A stretch of DNA of 64,000 nt. It comes from Octopus sinensis. Its lineage: Eukaryota. Below, piece by piece: positions 11,637 through 25,250 of the stretch. The notes beneath the pieces were generated by a model. The model saw nothing but the letters and a program-made list of their open reading frames with translations. It did not search any database and was not told where the DNA came from. The translations under genes and the position numbers were made by a program. Every line of letters begins with the position of its first letter. Within the stretch, counting starts at the first letter, position 1. The stretch spans positions 30,132,001 to 30,196,000 of the forward strand of contig NC_043008.1 of the NCBI RefSeq assembly GCF_006345805.1, written 5' to 3'.

Positions 11637-13280
11637 ATGACAACTTACTGATTGTTCCATAAGATACATATATAAATTTCTCTATTTACCTAATATCGAG
11701 GTCTCATTCTTTTGTTGTCATTTTATTATTATTATTATTATTGTTGTTGTTGTTTTTATATATGTGTATGTATCTATGTATGTGGGTTAGTCAAAATTTC
11801 TGTCCAAATCCCTGTAGACTGACACTCTGACCATGACACTACACAAATACCGGCATTAAATTAGAATCTATTTGTACAGGTCTTAGATGCACAATCACAA
11901 TTCTAAATATCCATAAATTATTTTAACGTGATTATGACAAAGTATACATATTTACAATAGATTTAATGATTCCAAGCGCGTTGAAACGGTTTTTATAAAT
12001 TACAAAGTAGTATTACACAAAGGAAGCATTCCGAATATATATTAAAATTCATATGTATATACGAGCAATCATCTCGATATATGTTTCACTACCAATAAGA
12101 CATACACATATTGATTGATTGATACAGATATAGAAACATATGTGTGTGTGCACGTGTACGTTTGTGTGTTTGTGAGAGTATGTATGTGTGTGTGTGTCTG
12201 TGTGTGCGTGCACGCTGGTTACCTGTGCGTCTACGGTTGACTGTTGTGATTCAAACAAAGCAATAATTTATGTAGTAAAATTTTTCAAATCATGTGTGTC
12301 TACAGAACTCATATATTTATATATCAATCGATATCAAAAATTTGTTATATTCATACATGTATAGATGAATATCCTGTGAGACAAACTGAAGTTTAGCAAA
12401 AGTCATTCCATTTAATAATAAGACTTACTCATAGTAAACCAAGAACAAATCAATGTTGTGAAAATTGACAGGAATTAATTAAGCATGATATGAGACATCG
12501 TTCTAGCGGTAATGTCTTTGAAGGTTTCATAGTGATTACTGTAAGAGAAAATGCCTCCTCAAGATGGATCTTAATATGTGGGTATGTCATGGAGGAGCAT
12601 CAGATATTATGATTTATTTGAAACAGAACGTACGAGGCAATAGTAGTTCTCGCTTAAGTGACATTTTAAATGAAATACACCTGAATAAATAATATAAATT
12701 CACACATTTGTCATAAATATGTATATGTATATCCTTCTGTCCACATATTTATTTATCTGTCGATCGATCGAACTATAGAAATGTAAATCTATCTATTCAG
12801 CTATCTAGCTAACCGGTTATGTATCTATCTACCCATGTACCAAGCTAGCTGTTTCTGTATGTATGTATGCGTGTATGTATTTTTGTATGTATGTATGTAT
12901 GTATGTATGTATGTATGCATGCAAGAATGTATGTCTCTATGTATTAAGGCGTCGAATGCTCAGACATTTTTAGAAGCTTGCTTAGTATGCCTGCCGCATC
13001 TGTTCAGTATCGATGTTTGGCAATCAGTCATCCCCACTGAAGCACATTAACTTTCATTCGTTCATGATAAAACGCACAAGAGCAGTGTGTTCGCTTGTTG
13101 GAAAGTTAGAACTTCGAAAACAAGGCTTCACATCACCGTTTTTGGGACTATGCGTACTAAATAAAATTCCACCCCATGGTCGCCGCCAAAGATACTTCTC
13201 AGGTGTGCCCAATATTTTAGTTGGTCACTCAAAATGCCACTTAGTCAATACATGAACATTTGCATGTATAGAATGAAATA

Positions 13281-13314
<34 letters not shown>

Positions 13315-13404
13315 CGGAGAGTTTACGAAAAAAACAAAATACGAAGACAAGTGGTGTACAAAACAAGCAGATGTATTAGTATAACGCCCAGGAATAGAAA
13401 AAGT

Positions 13405-13440
13405 CTTTTACGTTTCGAGCCTACGCTCTTCTACAGAAAG
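13405..13440 (-). ncRNA. Minimal hammerhead-like motif, A6U variant, in a pLTR-like fragment (about 13315-13500)
   Basis: Minus strand: CUUU CUGUAGA A GAGC-guag-GCUC GAAA CG UA AAAG; the element abuts (TA)n. Confidence 0.65.
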
Positions 13441-13530
13441 GGACACAGAAAAAACAAGGAGAGAAAAAAGGAGTGAAAAAGGAGGGAAAAAAATGAAAGA
13501 AAAAAGTAGACAAAAGAAGGAGAGAAAAAA

Positions 13531-13534
13531 TATA

Positions 13535-13578
<44 letters not shown>

Positions 13579-13714
13579 TATATATATATATCATATATAT
13601 ACATATAATATATATTTATATAATATATATATATATATAATATACATATATATTATATATATATATATATTATATATATATATATTATATATATATATAT
13701 AATTATATAATAAT

Positions 13715-13770
<56 letters not shown>
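13531..13770. repeat. (TA)n microsatellite, imperfect
   Basis: Direct inspection; one of dozens of TA/TATG/TG tracts (e.g. 15021-15164, 24571-24704, 35400-35470, 36141-36230). Confidence 0.95.
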
Positions 13771-13772
<2 letters not shown>

Positions 13773-13788
13773 TGTATGTATATATATT

Positions 13789-13978
13789 GGCGCAGGAGTA
13801 TCTGTGTGATATGTAACTGTCTTAACAACCACATGGTTCCGGGTTCAGTCTCATTGCATGGCACCATGGGCGAGTGATTTCTACTATAGCCTCGGGCCGG
13901 CCAAAGCCTTGTGAATGAACTTGGTAGACGGAAACTGAAAGAAGCCCATCGTATATATATATGTATATATATTTTTAG

Positions 13979-14029
<51 letters not shown>

Positions 14030-14140
14030 GTATGTGCGTGTAAGTGTGAGTGTGTACGTGCGTATGTGTCGACTAAAGTGGTGCTTCAGCATGGCCACAG
14101 TCAACTGACTGAAACAAATTAAAAGAACAGAAGCATAAAA
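13789..14140 (+). mobile_element. SINE family B interrupted by a microsatellite
   Basis: ggcgcaggagta..accacatggttccgggttcagtc..tctactatagcctcgggccggccaaagccttgtg..ggtagacggaaactgaaagaagccc; 3' cagcatggccacagtcaactgactgaaac. Confidence 0.8.
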
Positions 14141-14296
14141 GAATACACACTGCATACATACATACATACATACATTCATAATTACAATACTATAAACACA
14201 CGCATATATAAACATATAGTAGTACGTATCAATAAATGTGGAAGTAAGGAAGAGACAAGATTTAACGCTGAAAAAATAGGAAAGTGTCACTCGGGG

Positions 14297-14347
<51 letters not shown>

Positions 14348-15017
14348 CACATATAAACCTACATGTATACATATTCATATATATATAAATGTATGCATAT
14401 ATATGTATGTGTTTGTCTATGTATACATTTATATGCGTGTCTTTATATATATATATATATATATAATTACTTGGCCATTTTTCTTCTTCACCTTAACATT
14501 GATAACAATGCAATATAGTTTAGCAGCATATTGAACAAAGCAACAGCATCTCATCGGAATGACCTGTTTCATACGTTATTGTCACTCATTGATTAATACA
14601 ATGCATAGACTGAAAAGTTTCGTGATATATATCCCTTAACTTATTGAATATACTTCCACGTATTTCTTTGGTTATGTTGTAATGTGTGATTATGAGGAAC
14701 AGAAGAAGCTGGATAGCTTTCTCTGTTAGGCAGTTGTGCGCACGCACGCACGCGCGCACATACATATTCGGTCAACGTAAATGAGATAGCATTACATAAT
14801 ATCGTAATCTGTATATCATCATACTAAAACTTAAAACAACGATAGAAATCCACGATGACATAGTTTCGTTTCTTTGACAATTTAGTTTCGTGATGCATTT
14901 GAATGCTTTATATCTATTCAGTATGAGAGACGAATGATGATATCTATATCTGAGTGTATGTATGTGTGTGTGCATGTGTGCGAGCGTATGTCTGAGTGTG
15001 TATGTATGTATGTATGC

Positions 15018-15069
<52 letters not shown>

Positions 15070-15072
15070 ATG

Positions 15073-15171
<99 letters not shown>

Positions 15172-16586
15172 ATATATGTGTGTGTGTGTGTATAATCTTG
15201 GTAGATGTTATCTCAAATCTTTGGAAGAAAAGTGCTAAGACATTACTGTAGATTCACAAAAATTATGCAGACATAAGAATTGAAGAATTCTAGATTTACA
15301 TTTTATTTTTATTTATGCAAAGTTAGTACGCTTCCTTTTCGAAAAAAGACAAAAAAGAGAAAAACCGTTTAGATGATCAACAAAGGAAAACAATTGAAAA
15401 AGAGGAATGCTGCCAAAATGAGTCAAGTTTTCAAAGCGAATGTCATGAATTATTAACAATCATGACAATCTTATTGAAATCTTTTATATTTTCTGCTTTT
15501 TATTTCAAAACAAATATATTTTATCTTAGTAAAAACACCAAAGAGACCAATCCTATTACATATTCAGATGTGTATTAAATTAAACATGAGGCAAATAATA
15601 CTTTCGTAATTCCCATCGTAAATTCGTAAAACGTTTGTTTGTAATGTAGTCAACGAGACCAGACATGGATATTTGAAAAATATGCTACTTTCGTAACCAT
15701 ACATTTCTGCGTTACTTGCACTACACATGAACTGCATTGGGTCGCTTCTACAACAAATTTGGCCGAGTATTGATTCATGATTGAAATTTTGTACGAGAGA
15801 AACTATGCGGAAGCCTTTTGGGGTTTGGGGCTATGTGTGGTGGTCTCTGTATATCTGTTGATCTTTATATCTATCTATCTATCTGTTTATTTCTCTATCC
15901 ATCTACAGATGGATACATAGTCGATAGATAGACAAATAGATTTTAAAGCTATATATACACGCATAGAAATATACGCATACATACTTGTATGCAAATATAT
16001 ACGTGTGTATATGTGCATATGCCGTTATATGTATGAATGTATATAGGTGTGTTTATATGTGGTGATGTATACGGTTGACATATTACACATCAATGAACCG
16101 GTAAGTTCGAACAATAAATAATTTATTGCACACATTCTCTTGCCGTCGGAAACGCATGAACCAGTGATTTGACTCGTTTGAAACCAAATGCCAATGAGGT
16201 TATTGGTCACAAAATACATGATATCAAAGAAAACGAAAGTAAATAGTATTTCTTCTGTATGACTTTCCACAGAATTCAGTAACAAATTCATCTAGAACAT
16301 ACTCAGTAGTAGCTAATGAGAACGAAGGTCCATGGTTCGTTAGTAAGTTCGATGAAGACGTATAGAGTTTTGCCAGAAGCCGAATATTACAGACGTACTA
16401 CCTTCCTTCTTCACAACTATCAATAGTCTTGAACTATACGCTGAAATCTAACGAAGCAGTGGTGAATTACACATATGTTTCTTGCTTACCTTTCTCACTC
16501 TGTATGTATACATACACACACACACACACATATGTATGTATATATATATATATATATACACATATATATTTCCCTCACTCACCGTG

Positions 16587-16620
<34 letters not shown>

Positions 16621-17294
16621 GTATGAATATATATGGGGAAAGAGAGTAATATATGTGTGTGTATATACACGAATATATATAATGTTTATATCTGTCTATG
16701 TATGCGCGTGTGTGTATGTATGTATGTATTTATGTATGTATGCATGTATGTATTGTACAATGTAAAACCATTGATTTTCTAACCATATGCCACATATTTT
16801 AAGGGAAGCAATAATCTATAAAAGCGACCAAAATACTTGGCTCATACTTAATTTTATCAAGGAGGAATATAAGAACTGCGAGTTCAATTTGAACTCAGAA
16901 AGTAAAGAGACAAAATAAATTATAGTATTCTGCCACAACTCTAACGATTTTATCATCCACCTGTCTGTATATATAATACTTGATATAATTTATTATACCA
17001 TGTTATTTGAAAAGATTGTGGTTGAATCTCAGGCCAAGGGGCAGGTTGTAAAATGATATTACTCCACTTGTATTCAATTAATTGAAAGTCTTGGTGCCAA
17101 TAATGATAATGATGTTTTCATATCTGCACCTTCGACATCTTTCAGTCATCGATGGGGTGGGGGGGTTCAAACACAAACAAAAAGACACCATATATAATAT
17201 AGAGGATCTTTAATCTTCGGATTTTTTAAATATGCTAGGCCACTGGTTTTAATTGATTAATATCAATTTTTACCCTTATTTAATTTTAAATATA

Positions 17295-17327
<33 letters not shown>

Positions 17328-17491
17328 CGTGTGTATGTATGTATGTATGTATGTATGTATGCTTATGAATATGTGAATGTTTATGTCTGTGTATATATGC
17401 GTACATATATATATATCCATATATGTATATGCATGTATGTATCTATCTCTATATATGTATATGTATACATGTATATATATATATAATATAT

Positions 17492-17542
<51 letters not shown>

Positions 17543-17650
17543 GTATATTTATATACATATATGTATGTGCGTGTGTATGTATTCGCTATGTTGGACCACT
17601 GAACATAGCAGGTTTTTTTCCTTTCTCTTCCTATTCATTTCCTCTTGTTC

Positions 17651-17686
17651 CTTTCTGTCGAAAATCATAGACTCGAAACGTAAAAG
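17651..17686 (+). ncRNA. Hammerhead-like motif, A6U variant (decayed)
   Basis: CUUU CUGUCGA AAAUCauagACUC GAAA CG UA AAAG. Confidence 0.5.
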
Positions 17687-18161
17687 ACTTTTCCATTTTT
17701 CACAAGCTTCAAACGAATATACTTAGTTGTTAAGAAGCCTACTTTCCTACCACATGGTCCGAGTTTAAATCGCATTGTGTGGCAACTTGGGTATCTGACT
17801 TCTACTATAGCCTCAGACCGACCAAAAACTTTATGAGTGGATTTGGCTGACGGACACTGAACAAGGCCTTTCGTATATGTGTGTGTGTTTGTGTATTTGT
17901 GTGTGATTTTGTGTATGTGTGTTTTAGTGACTGTGTTTGGTCCCCACCACCACTTGACAACCGGTTTTGGTCTGTTTACGCCCGCCTAACTTAGCGGTTT
18001 GGAAAATGATACGGTTAAAAAAAATTATGTGTACCGTCGTGCCAACGCATTCGCCTGCAAATTCGTCAATCTATATATGTATGTGTATAAATACATACAT
18101 ACATGTATATATATAATATATATATGTATGTATATATATATATATATATTATATATATATA

Positions 18162-18199
<38 letters not shown>

Positions 18200-18582
18200 T
18201 TTTTCAACCGTTTACTTCCCTCAGTCATTAGGCTGCGGACGTTGAGACGAATTTTCATGCAAATATGTCGGCACGATGGCACCCATACTTTTTTTTCCAA
18301 AACGCTAAGTAAATCGGACGTAAACACACCATCAGCGATTCTCAAGTGGGGGTGAGGTCAAACAGAGTCACAAAGACAGAATCACACACACATATACGAA
18401 AGGCCCTGTTCAGTTTCCGTCTACCAAATCCACTCATATAGGTTTGGTTGGCTTGAGGCTATAGTAGAAGACACATACCCAAGTTGCCATGCAATGCGAC
18501 TGAAACTCAGACCATGTGGTTGGAAAGCAGGATTCTTAACAACTAAGTGTATTAGTTTCACACTTGTGAAAAATGGAAACGT

Positions 18583-18618
18583 CTTTTACGTTTCGAGCCT
18601 ACGCTCATCGACAGAGAA
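18583..18618 (-). ncRNA. Hammerhead-like motif, A6U variant
   Basis: Minus strand: UUCU CUGUCGA U GAGC-guag-GCUC GAAA CG UA AAAG. Confidence 0.6.
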
Positions 18619-18713
18619 GAACGAGAGGAAATGAATAGAGAGAGTGGTCCAACATAGTGAATACATAGAGACAGACATACACATACACACGCACATACAC
18701 ACATAAACACACG

Positions 18714-18761
<48 letters not shown>

Positions 18762-18792
18762 TATATATACGCATATATACATATATATAGAT

Positions 18793-18827
<35 letters not shown>

Positions 18828-18935
18828 GCACATATACACTCATATATTTGTACATATATATATATACATATATTTATATATATATACACACACATACATA
18901 CACACAAGCATATATATATATGTATACACACACAT

Positions 18936-18981
<46 letters not shown>

Positions 18982-21099
18982 CAGAGAGAAAGGGGAGTGA
19001 CAGAAGTGAATGATAGGGACGAAGACAGAGCTGAAAGCAAAGCATACCATTTCTTTGTCTTGTTTCAATCAGAACTAATGTCTTCATTCAAAAAAGACTT
19101 GTTTGATATCATTCACCTCTATTGATATTCTGGTTTCCTCTAAGATCTCTATTGACCAGGCAATCTGATATTCTTAACACATGTCTGCTCCATAATTCTG
19201 ATAGTGATTCCATTGAGAATAAATTTTGCAATTTATGAAGAGATAAAAATACTAGAGGCTAACTTTAAAAACACAGACCAAATTGATATTATTCGTTCAC
19301 TGTTGAGTTGAATTCATTTTCTGTCACTATCACCAGAAATATCTCGCTACAGCGTCAAAAATAGAATATCTTCAATTGAGTGATTGTTCGATTGAATTAC
19401 CTACCTTCTTTCCCGTTGTATCCATACATGTGTGTTTTGTGCGTATGATTATATGTCTGTCAAGGATAAATAAATGAGTGTGCCTGTGTGCGTGTATGCA
19501 TGTATGCATACATATACACGTTCATAAGCATACGCACACAATCATATAAAGTATGTATGCATATATGTATATATATATACCTATCAGAACAAAATTCATT
19601 CACGCTCCTACAAAGACAAATACGCACGCAGGCATATGCATACACATACACACACACACACACACTCACATACACGTACGTATATATGTACGTCAGCATG
19701 TATGTATATATATATATATATATATGTATATGTATATATATATATGAGAGAGAGAGACAGAGATAACGAGAGGAAATTGTGTGATGGGGTTATAATCTGG
19801 TATCCATTAAAATAATGAATTATTTCGGTTTGTGACGAAAGATTGCAGAGAAGGAAGTCGGTGAAAAATGACATTTTGGCCTTTATAAGCTTTTGATTCA
19901 ATAATAGAGCTTCTTCGGAACACGAAGTAATTTAACAATGGAACGAATAGTTTCTGGTTGGCTATGAACATGTCTAAATGAGGCCAGCGGTGATAGACTT
20001 TTCCACATGGTCCAGCTTAATAATGCTATTGTGTGCGGAAACCAACTTATTTCGACTGTCTACTCGATCTATCAGCCAAAGTTTCCTGAAGTCACACTCT
20101 ACCGGTTACTTTTGCTGAACTAAACTTTGTTTTACATTGATATAAGACCCGCAATAACAAGGAATATGCCACAGAAATTTCGACTTTGTTTTGTACTTAT
20201 TTAAGTTTAAAACTACTGCAAGTTGCAGTTTTCTCATTTAAGTGCTCGAAAATGCATTTGATAAAAGACAACACCCAATATATCATTATTCACATAAAAG
20301 CGATTACCGTGCTGATCTATTTTATTTACTCTGTTTAATGAGCAGCTTTATGTTTTCTGTATACACATCACTCCATATATTCTTTTTACCTGTCATGATA
20401 GGTGAGGTGATACACTCAAATGAAATAAATGCATTCAATAGGAACTCCATTTCAATACTCAAAATTTACTGGCACAGGGAAATTTTATGCATATATTTGT
20501 GTGTAAACGGGAGAAAATTAAAATATTAATGATTTTTGATATATAGAAATGAATATTACCCGTTTTGTCGATTTTGGTTAACTATAAGTTTTGCTTTAAG
20601 AAAGATTGTCATATGATTGACATCGTTGTTAATGTATCTTGGTGCCTGCTTTTATGGTACATTCTATATAACTGACTATATTTATCAAACTTCAGTAGAC
20701 AAACTCAATACATGAAGATTCAGCACCTCTGTATTGATTAGCTGTTTGTAGCTTTTACACGAAGTAATTTAACCTCAGTCACGATAAAATACTTTATGTT
20801 AGAGTCATTTGTAGTCTTCAGACGACATACAGTAGAGAATTCATCGAAACAAATATCGCATCCATTTAGAAATAGTACAAACTTATTTCTAGGATATTTA
20901 AGTAAGTATTAGTGAGCAAATAAATGATCTTATATTCAAACTCTAGTAAGAACATCGAAACAGGTTTGTAAAATAATCATAACTTAAATTTTGGACCACT
21001 GGAAGCAACACTAGCGACCTGCGTTTCCAAGAAATGTAATGTACAATTTCATGAACAGAGCGAATGCATGCGTATATATTTATAATTCTATATATATGA

Positions 21100-22700
21100 A
21101 TCTTTATAATTTTTCTTATAGAAGTACATACATCAAATATTGCTGTTATGAGTGTATCGTGATGTGACTGTGTACTAAGAACTTCAGAAAGTAATCATTA
21201 CTAATCTTTGAATCCGAAGGACAAAACCACATATGAAAAGTATTAACATGTTACATATCTCATATGACCACATGTTTTATACGTAAAGACCTTTGGGATT
21301 CAAAGAGATTGGAATATATAAGATTTTCCTCATGTTCTGATTAATCTCATTTCGACGTTAATGCTGAAGGATTAGAATATGAATGATATTTTGCACTACA
21401 TCTATAAAAATATTATGCTTTCTTGTTATCCTTTGAGTGGAGAGGATTAAATCATAGCGCTTGAGTCCTTAAAAATTTACGATATACATAACAATTATTT
21501 TTTTCGAGAAATACTCTTGTTTGTATCTGAAATATTGATGTTTATGAGAATATTTATAGGACAATGTTTATGAGAATGTGTAAGAATACAATTTGCGACA
21601 ACATTGAACATTGTGATAGCTTATGCACTGACAAGCTTGTGGTATAGAAGGTTTGGGCATTGTTAGTTTTTATTATCGACTGTGCATCTCACCGATAAAC
21701 TCGTTTTAATTCAGAGGCAATAAGCAGTGTGTATGAAAGGAGTATATATGAGAGTATAGCAATCATGGTTTATATTGCTATAAGCAAAATTAAATAAATA
21801 AAATCATAGCATTCTCTACTATTTATCTTAATTTCGAATATATGAAGGCGGACTCTGGTAAATTGAATATGTGTCTGGAAAAGACAGAATTTAATAGGGA
21901 CGTGCATTTGTTTGGTGAAATACTTTCGTGAGTTAATTTTCTGCTTTCCTTCATCAGGTATTAAATTTAATGAAATGTATGAAGTCTAGTGTAGAGGAGA
22001 AAAGTAAGCAATGAGTGTACATTTTTCATACATATTTTAGCAAGATATATATATATTTAACAATATATATATTTAATGGTAATCCCTCATTTAAAACATC
22101 TCACGTTATTCCCTTAAGTAAAGATATTATCAACATTAATGTTGTTTGTTATTGAAAGAATACCAACATTTTTAGATGCAAGTATTGAAAATGTAGAGAA
22201 AGAATATATTCCAATGGTATTAATAGGTAATGTGGGAGGGAAAAAAGCAACTCTTTGGAACATGCATTCAAATCTTATCTATGGTCTAACATCTCAAGTA
22301 GCATGTTACCTCACTATGCGGGGAACTGAAAGTAGAGAAGTGATTATATGTAACACTAAAAAAGGAACTGAGAACAAGCCAACCAGTGGAGCGTAGATCA
22401 AAGATTCTTATGAAGTTGCGTCATTTAGGTTTTGAATTCAGGTGATGTCAATTTTTTTTTATCCTTCTGTGGTTAATGAGATAAGTGCTCGTCAAGTATA
22501 TGTGGACATATAATCGACTAATCGATCCGCTTGAAGTTATGGACTTATTCCTATGTAACATATTAATCGATTTACCACCGAAATTTATGACGTAAGAAAT
22601 TAATCGGTTTCCGAATACAACCGTATCCAATTCACACATTCATCTAATTAAGAGATCAGTTCTATACTAAGAGAGTCCTCAAATCGAAGAATAATAATAT
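21100..22700 (+). pseudogene. Possible heavily decayed Helitron Rep coding remnant
   Basis: Scattered peptides in the expected order (SINMLHISYDHMFY resembles RIxExHxSYDxLQY; IDPLEVM resembles YIxxxEAxW; EINRFPNTTV..IHL resembles IHERxPxVxxLxVHL); no intact frame. Confidence 0.25.
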
Positions 22701-24149
22701 TGAGAAGAAAAAGATATTAAAAACAATTACATCATAAATATTTCACATACTAATTGAATAAGAATGTTATGGAATGTGGTACAAGCTTTAATTCCAAATA
22801 CTGTTAATACCAGATGTTAATTTGTTGTCCAAAACTCGAGTAATTAGAATTGATGTCAGCTTCATAATTAGAAATTAGTGGTAATTATCCGACATTGTAG
22901 CATCTATACATCTTTATTCATGAGATTTATTATAAATAATTGTCAAACATTCCTATAATAAATATTTGAAATAATTTTAAATAGTAAAAACAATTATGTT
23001 TGCACTGTCCTCACCAGTTCAGGTTCATTTACTTAGTAACCATAGTAGACATGTAGGGAAATATATACACAAATATTTCCCTACGGTCAATTTCTCTATG
23101 ACGTTTTCTTCCACATGCAGCCGTTACAGGAGATAAACTTTTGATTATCCAGACTATTTCAGTCGATTCCTTTACTGCTTCACACAACTCTGTTAATATA
23201 TGCAATACTCCTTCTATTCCTCATCAAAGGACGTTTCGAACCGAAATAATTTTATCTTATTTTCTCACAGGTTCCTACTAAGCAATAACATTTTTTACTA
23301 TAACATTTCTATAATTTCTGAGGATTTAATATTTTCAATATTTGGTATCGCGTTATGACTACGATATCTGTTGCACTAAATCTATTAATAGTACATTTTA
23401 ACATGCACTTGCTTCGAATTGTAAATTCTTATGTAAGCTAAAACGAATATATTTCGAAAAACTTTATTTCAAGTCGAAAAATATATAAATAGTTAATGAT
23501 TGTAGACTTTACTAGGAAATTTGGTCGAAGATCCTTCCTTCGTTTATGCAGGTTGATGCCAAATAGTTGCAGTGTGCACTGTGTGTAATTTCATTAGAAA
23601 CTACAAGTCAGTTTCTGTTCAGCTTCACATTTAACGAAACCATTACAATTAATTCCCTAATACCTCCTTATCCTCAACGAATTATAACGTTAAATCACCT
23701 GAAGGGTGTGTCGAATTATATATTATACCACCAATGCCAGGTGATCAGAGAGCTACAAAAGCCGACATATCATGTCATTTCTCATCCATGATGGCTGGTT
23801 GTAGGAACAATCTAGAGCTTTCTCAATTACTTGAAGTGTCGTAATGATGGCTGAAGTAACAATATATTAGCATTTCGAGTGAAATGTCCATCAGTCTGCG
23901 TTGCCAAACTATCGCTTTAATGTGTGAAATCTGAAATGATGCAATAGTAAACCCACATTCCAAGTAAAAGTCAGCTCTAAGTAATAATTACTGATAGATG
24001 ATTCACAAATATAATAGCAAGAATTGTTTAGCCAGTGTTCAGCATTAAGTGTGATATATTTCAAAGCTATTTTGTAAACGTTTAATCAAAAGAAACGAAG
24101 ATAAGTTCGAACACTTGAAGTACATCAGCATCTGGAAGAAGCGAGATGA

Positions 24150-24296
24150 TTCACAACTTGAGAAGTAATCACAGCGATGCCACTCGGCACTGCCTCATGA
24201 ATGCCACGGCTGACTCTCACTGTGCATGCAGCCCTGTGCTGCTATCTGTTTGCACGCTACAGAACTAGTCCGAGAACCTTTAGATACCACCTCGTA
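24150..24296 (+). mobile_element. Mariner-type non-autonomous element end
   Basis: Ends gtccgagaacctttagataccacctcg|TA, resembling a Tc1/mariner TIR with a TA target. Confidence 0.45.
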
Positions 24297-24567
24297 TGCA
24301 ATGTAAACATCTATACTCTCAGAAGGACGAAAGGAAATAAAATATTAATATTCGCTTATATTTATAATGTATATTGAAAAGAACATATAGATACACAGGC
24401 TAAGCAATATACCCACACACACAAGAGCAAGTGGCAATCGAAAACAAAAGGGAGTCAACACATTTAGTAAGAGTTACATATATTATGTAATTCAGCTCGA
24501 ATTAACTATACCTCTGCAAAAAGCCTGCGAATCTTAAGTCGCAGGGAGCCGAATCAAACAGTTTAAA

Positions 24568-24705
<138 letters not shown>

Positions 24706-24744
24706 GAAAGAAGGTCTGAAAATGCAATTTTAAAAGATGTTTAT

Positions 24745-24789
24745 TTACTTTTCCGGTTTCACTCTTTAGAAAGAGATTGTCAAAAGTAA
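24745..24789 (-). ncRNA. Hammerhead motif with U3-A8 compensatory core
   Basis: Minus strand: UUACUU UUGACAA U CUCUU-ucua-AAGAG U GAAA CCGG AA AAGUAA followed by AUAAA; 6-bp stem I; about 40 bp from (TA)n. Confidence 0.55.
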
Positions 24790-24814
24790 CATGTAAAAGT
24801 TTGGTTGTGTTAAA

Positions 24815-25250
24815 TTATTGGTTGTCACAAAATGCTACAATACATATATACAGACTTTGGTAACAAGAACATGTTAAGGATATAAAAAACTTTAACAACC
24901 TCATTAAAATATTGGGCATAAAAGATTACAACATAAATATACATTCTTTAGAAAATGGTAAAGATAGTTTCCAGAAGGAATTATTAAAAAGTTCAGTGGA
25001 ATATTGGTATTGTATCTGTATATTCATACATGGACAGAATATTGGTTGTCACAAAATGCTACAATACATATATATACATTCTTTGGTGACAAAAGCATGT
25101 TAAGAACATAAAAAATTTAACAAGTTCATTAAAATATTGGGCAAAAAAGATTACATATAAATACATTCTCAAGAAAATGTTTAAGATAGTTTCCAGAAGA
25201 AATTATTTAAAAGTTCAGTAGAATATTGGTATACACGCACAGAATATTGT
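24815..25250 (+). repeat. Tandem duplication, about 224 bp unit
   Basis: tattggttgtcacaaaatgctacaatacata...aaagttcagt(g/a)gaatattggtat occurs twice (about 24816 and 25040). Confidence 0.85.

Larger units (their letters stand above)
17560..18700. repeat. Large diverged inverted duplication of a composite (HHR-pLTR fragment + SINE B)
   Basis: About 17560-18070 is the reverse complement of about 18245-18700, including the junctions ctatgttggaccact / HHR / cttagttgttaagaa / SINE B / cgtgccaac..aaattcgtc; a (TA)n tract lies in the spacer. Confidence 0.75.
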
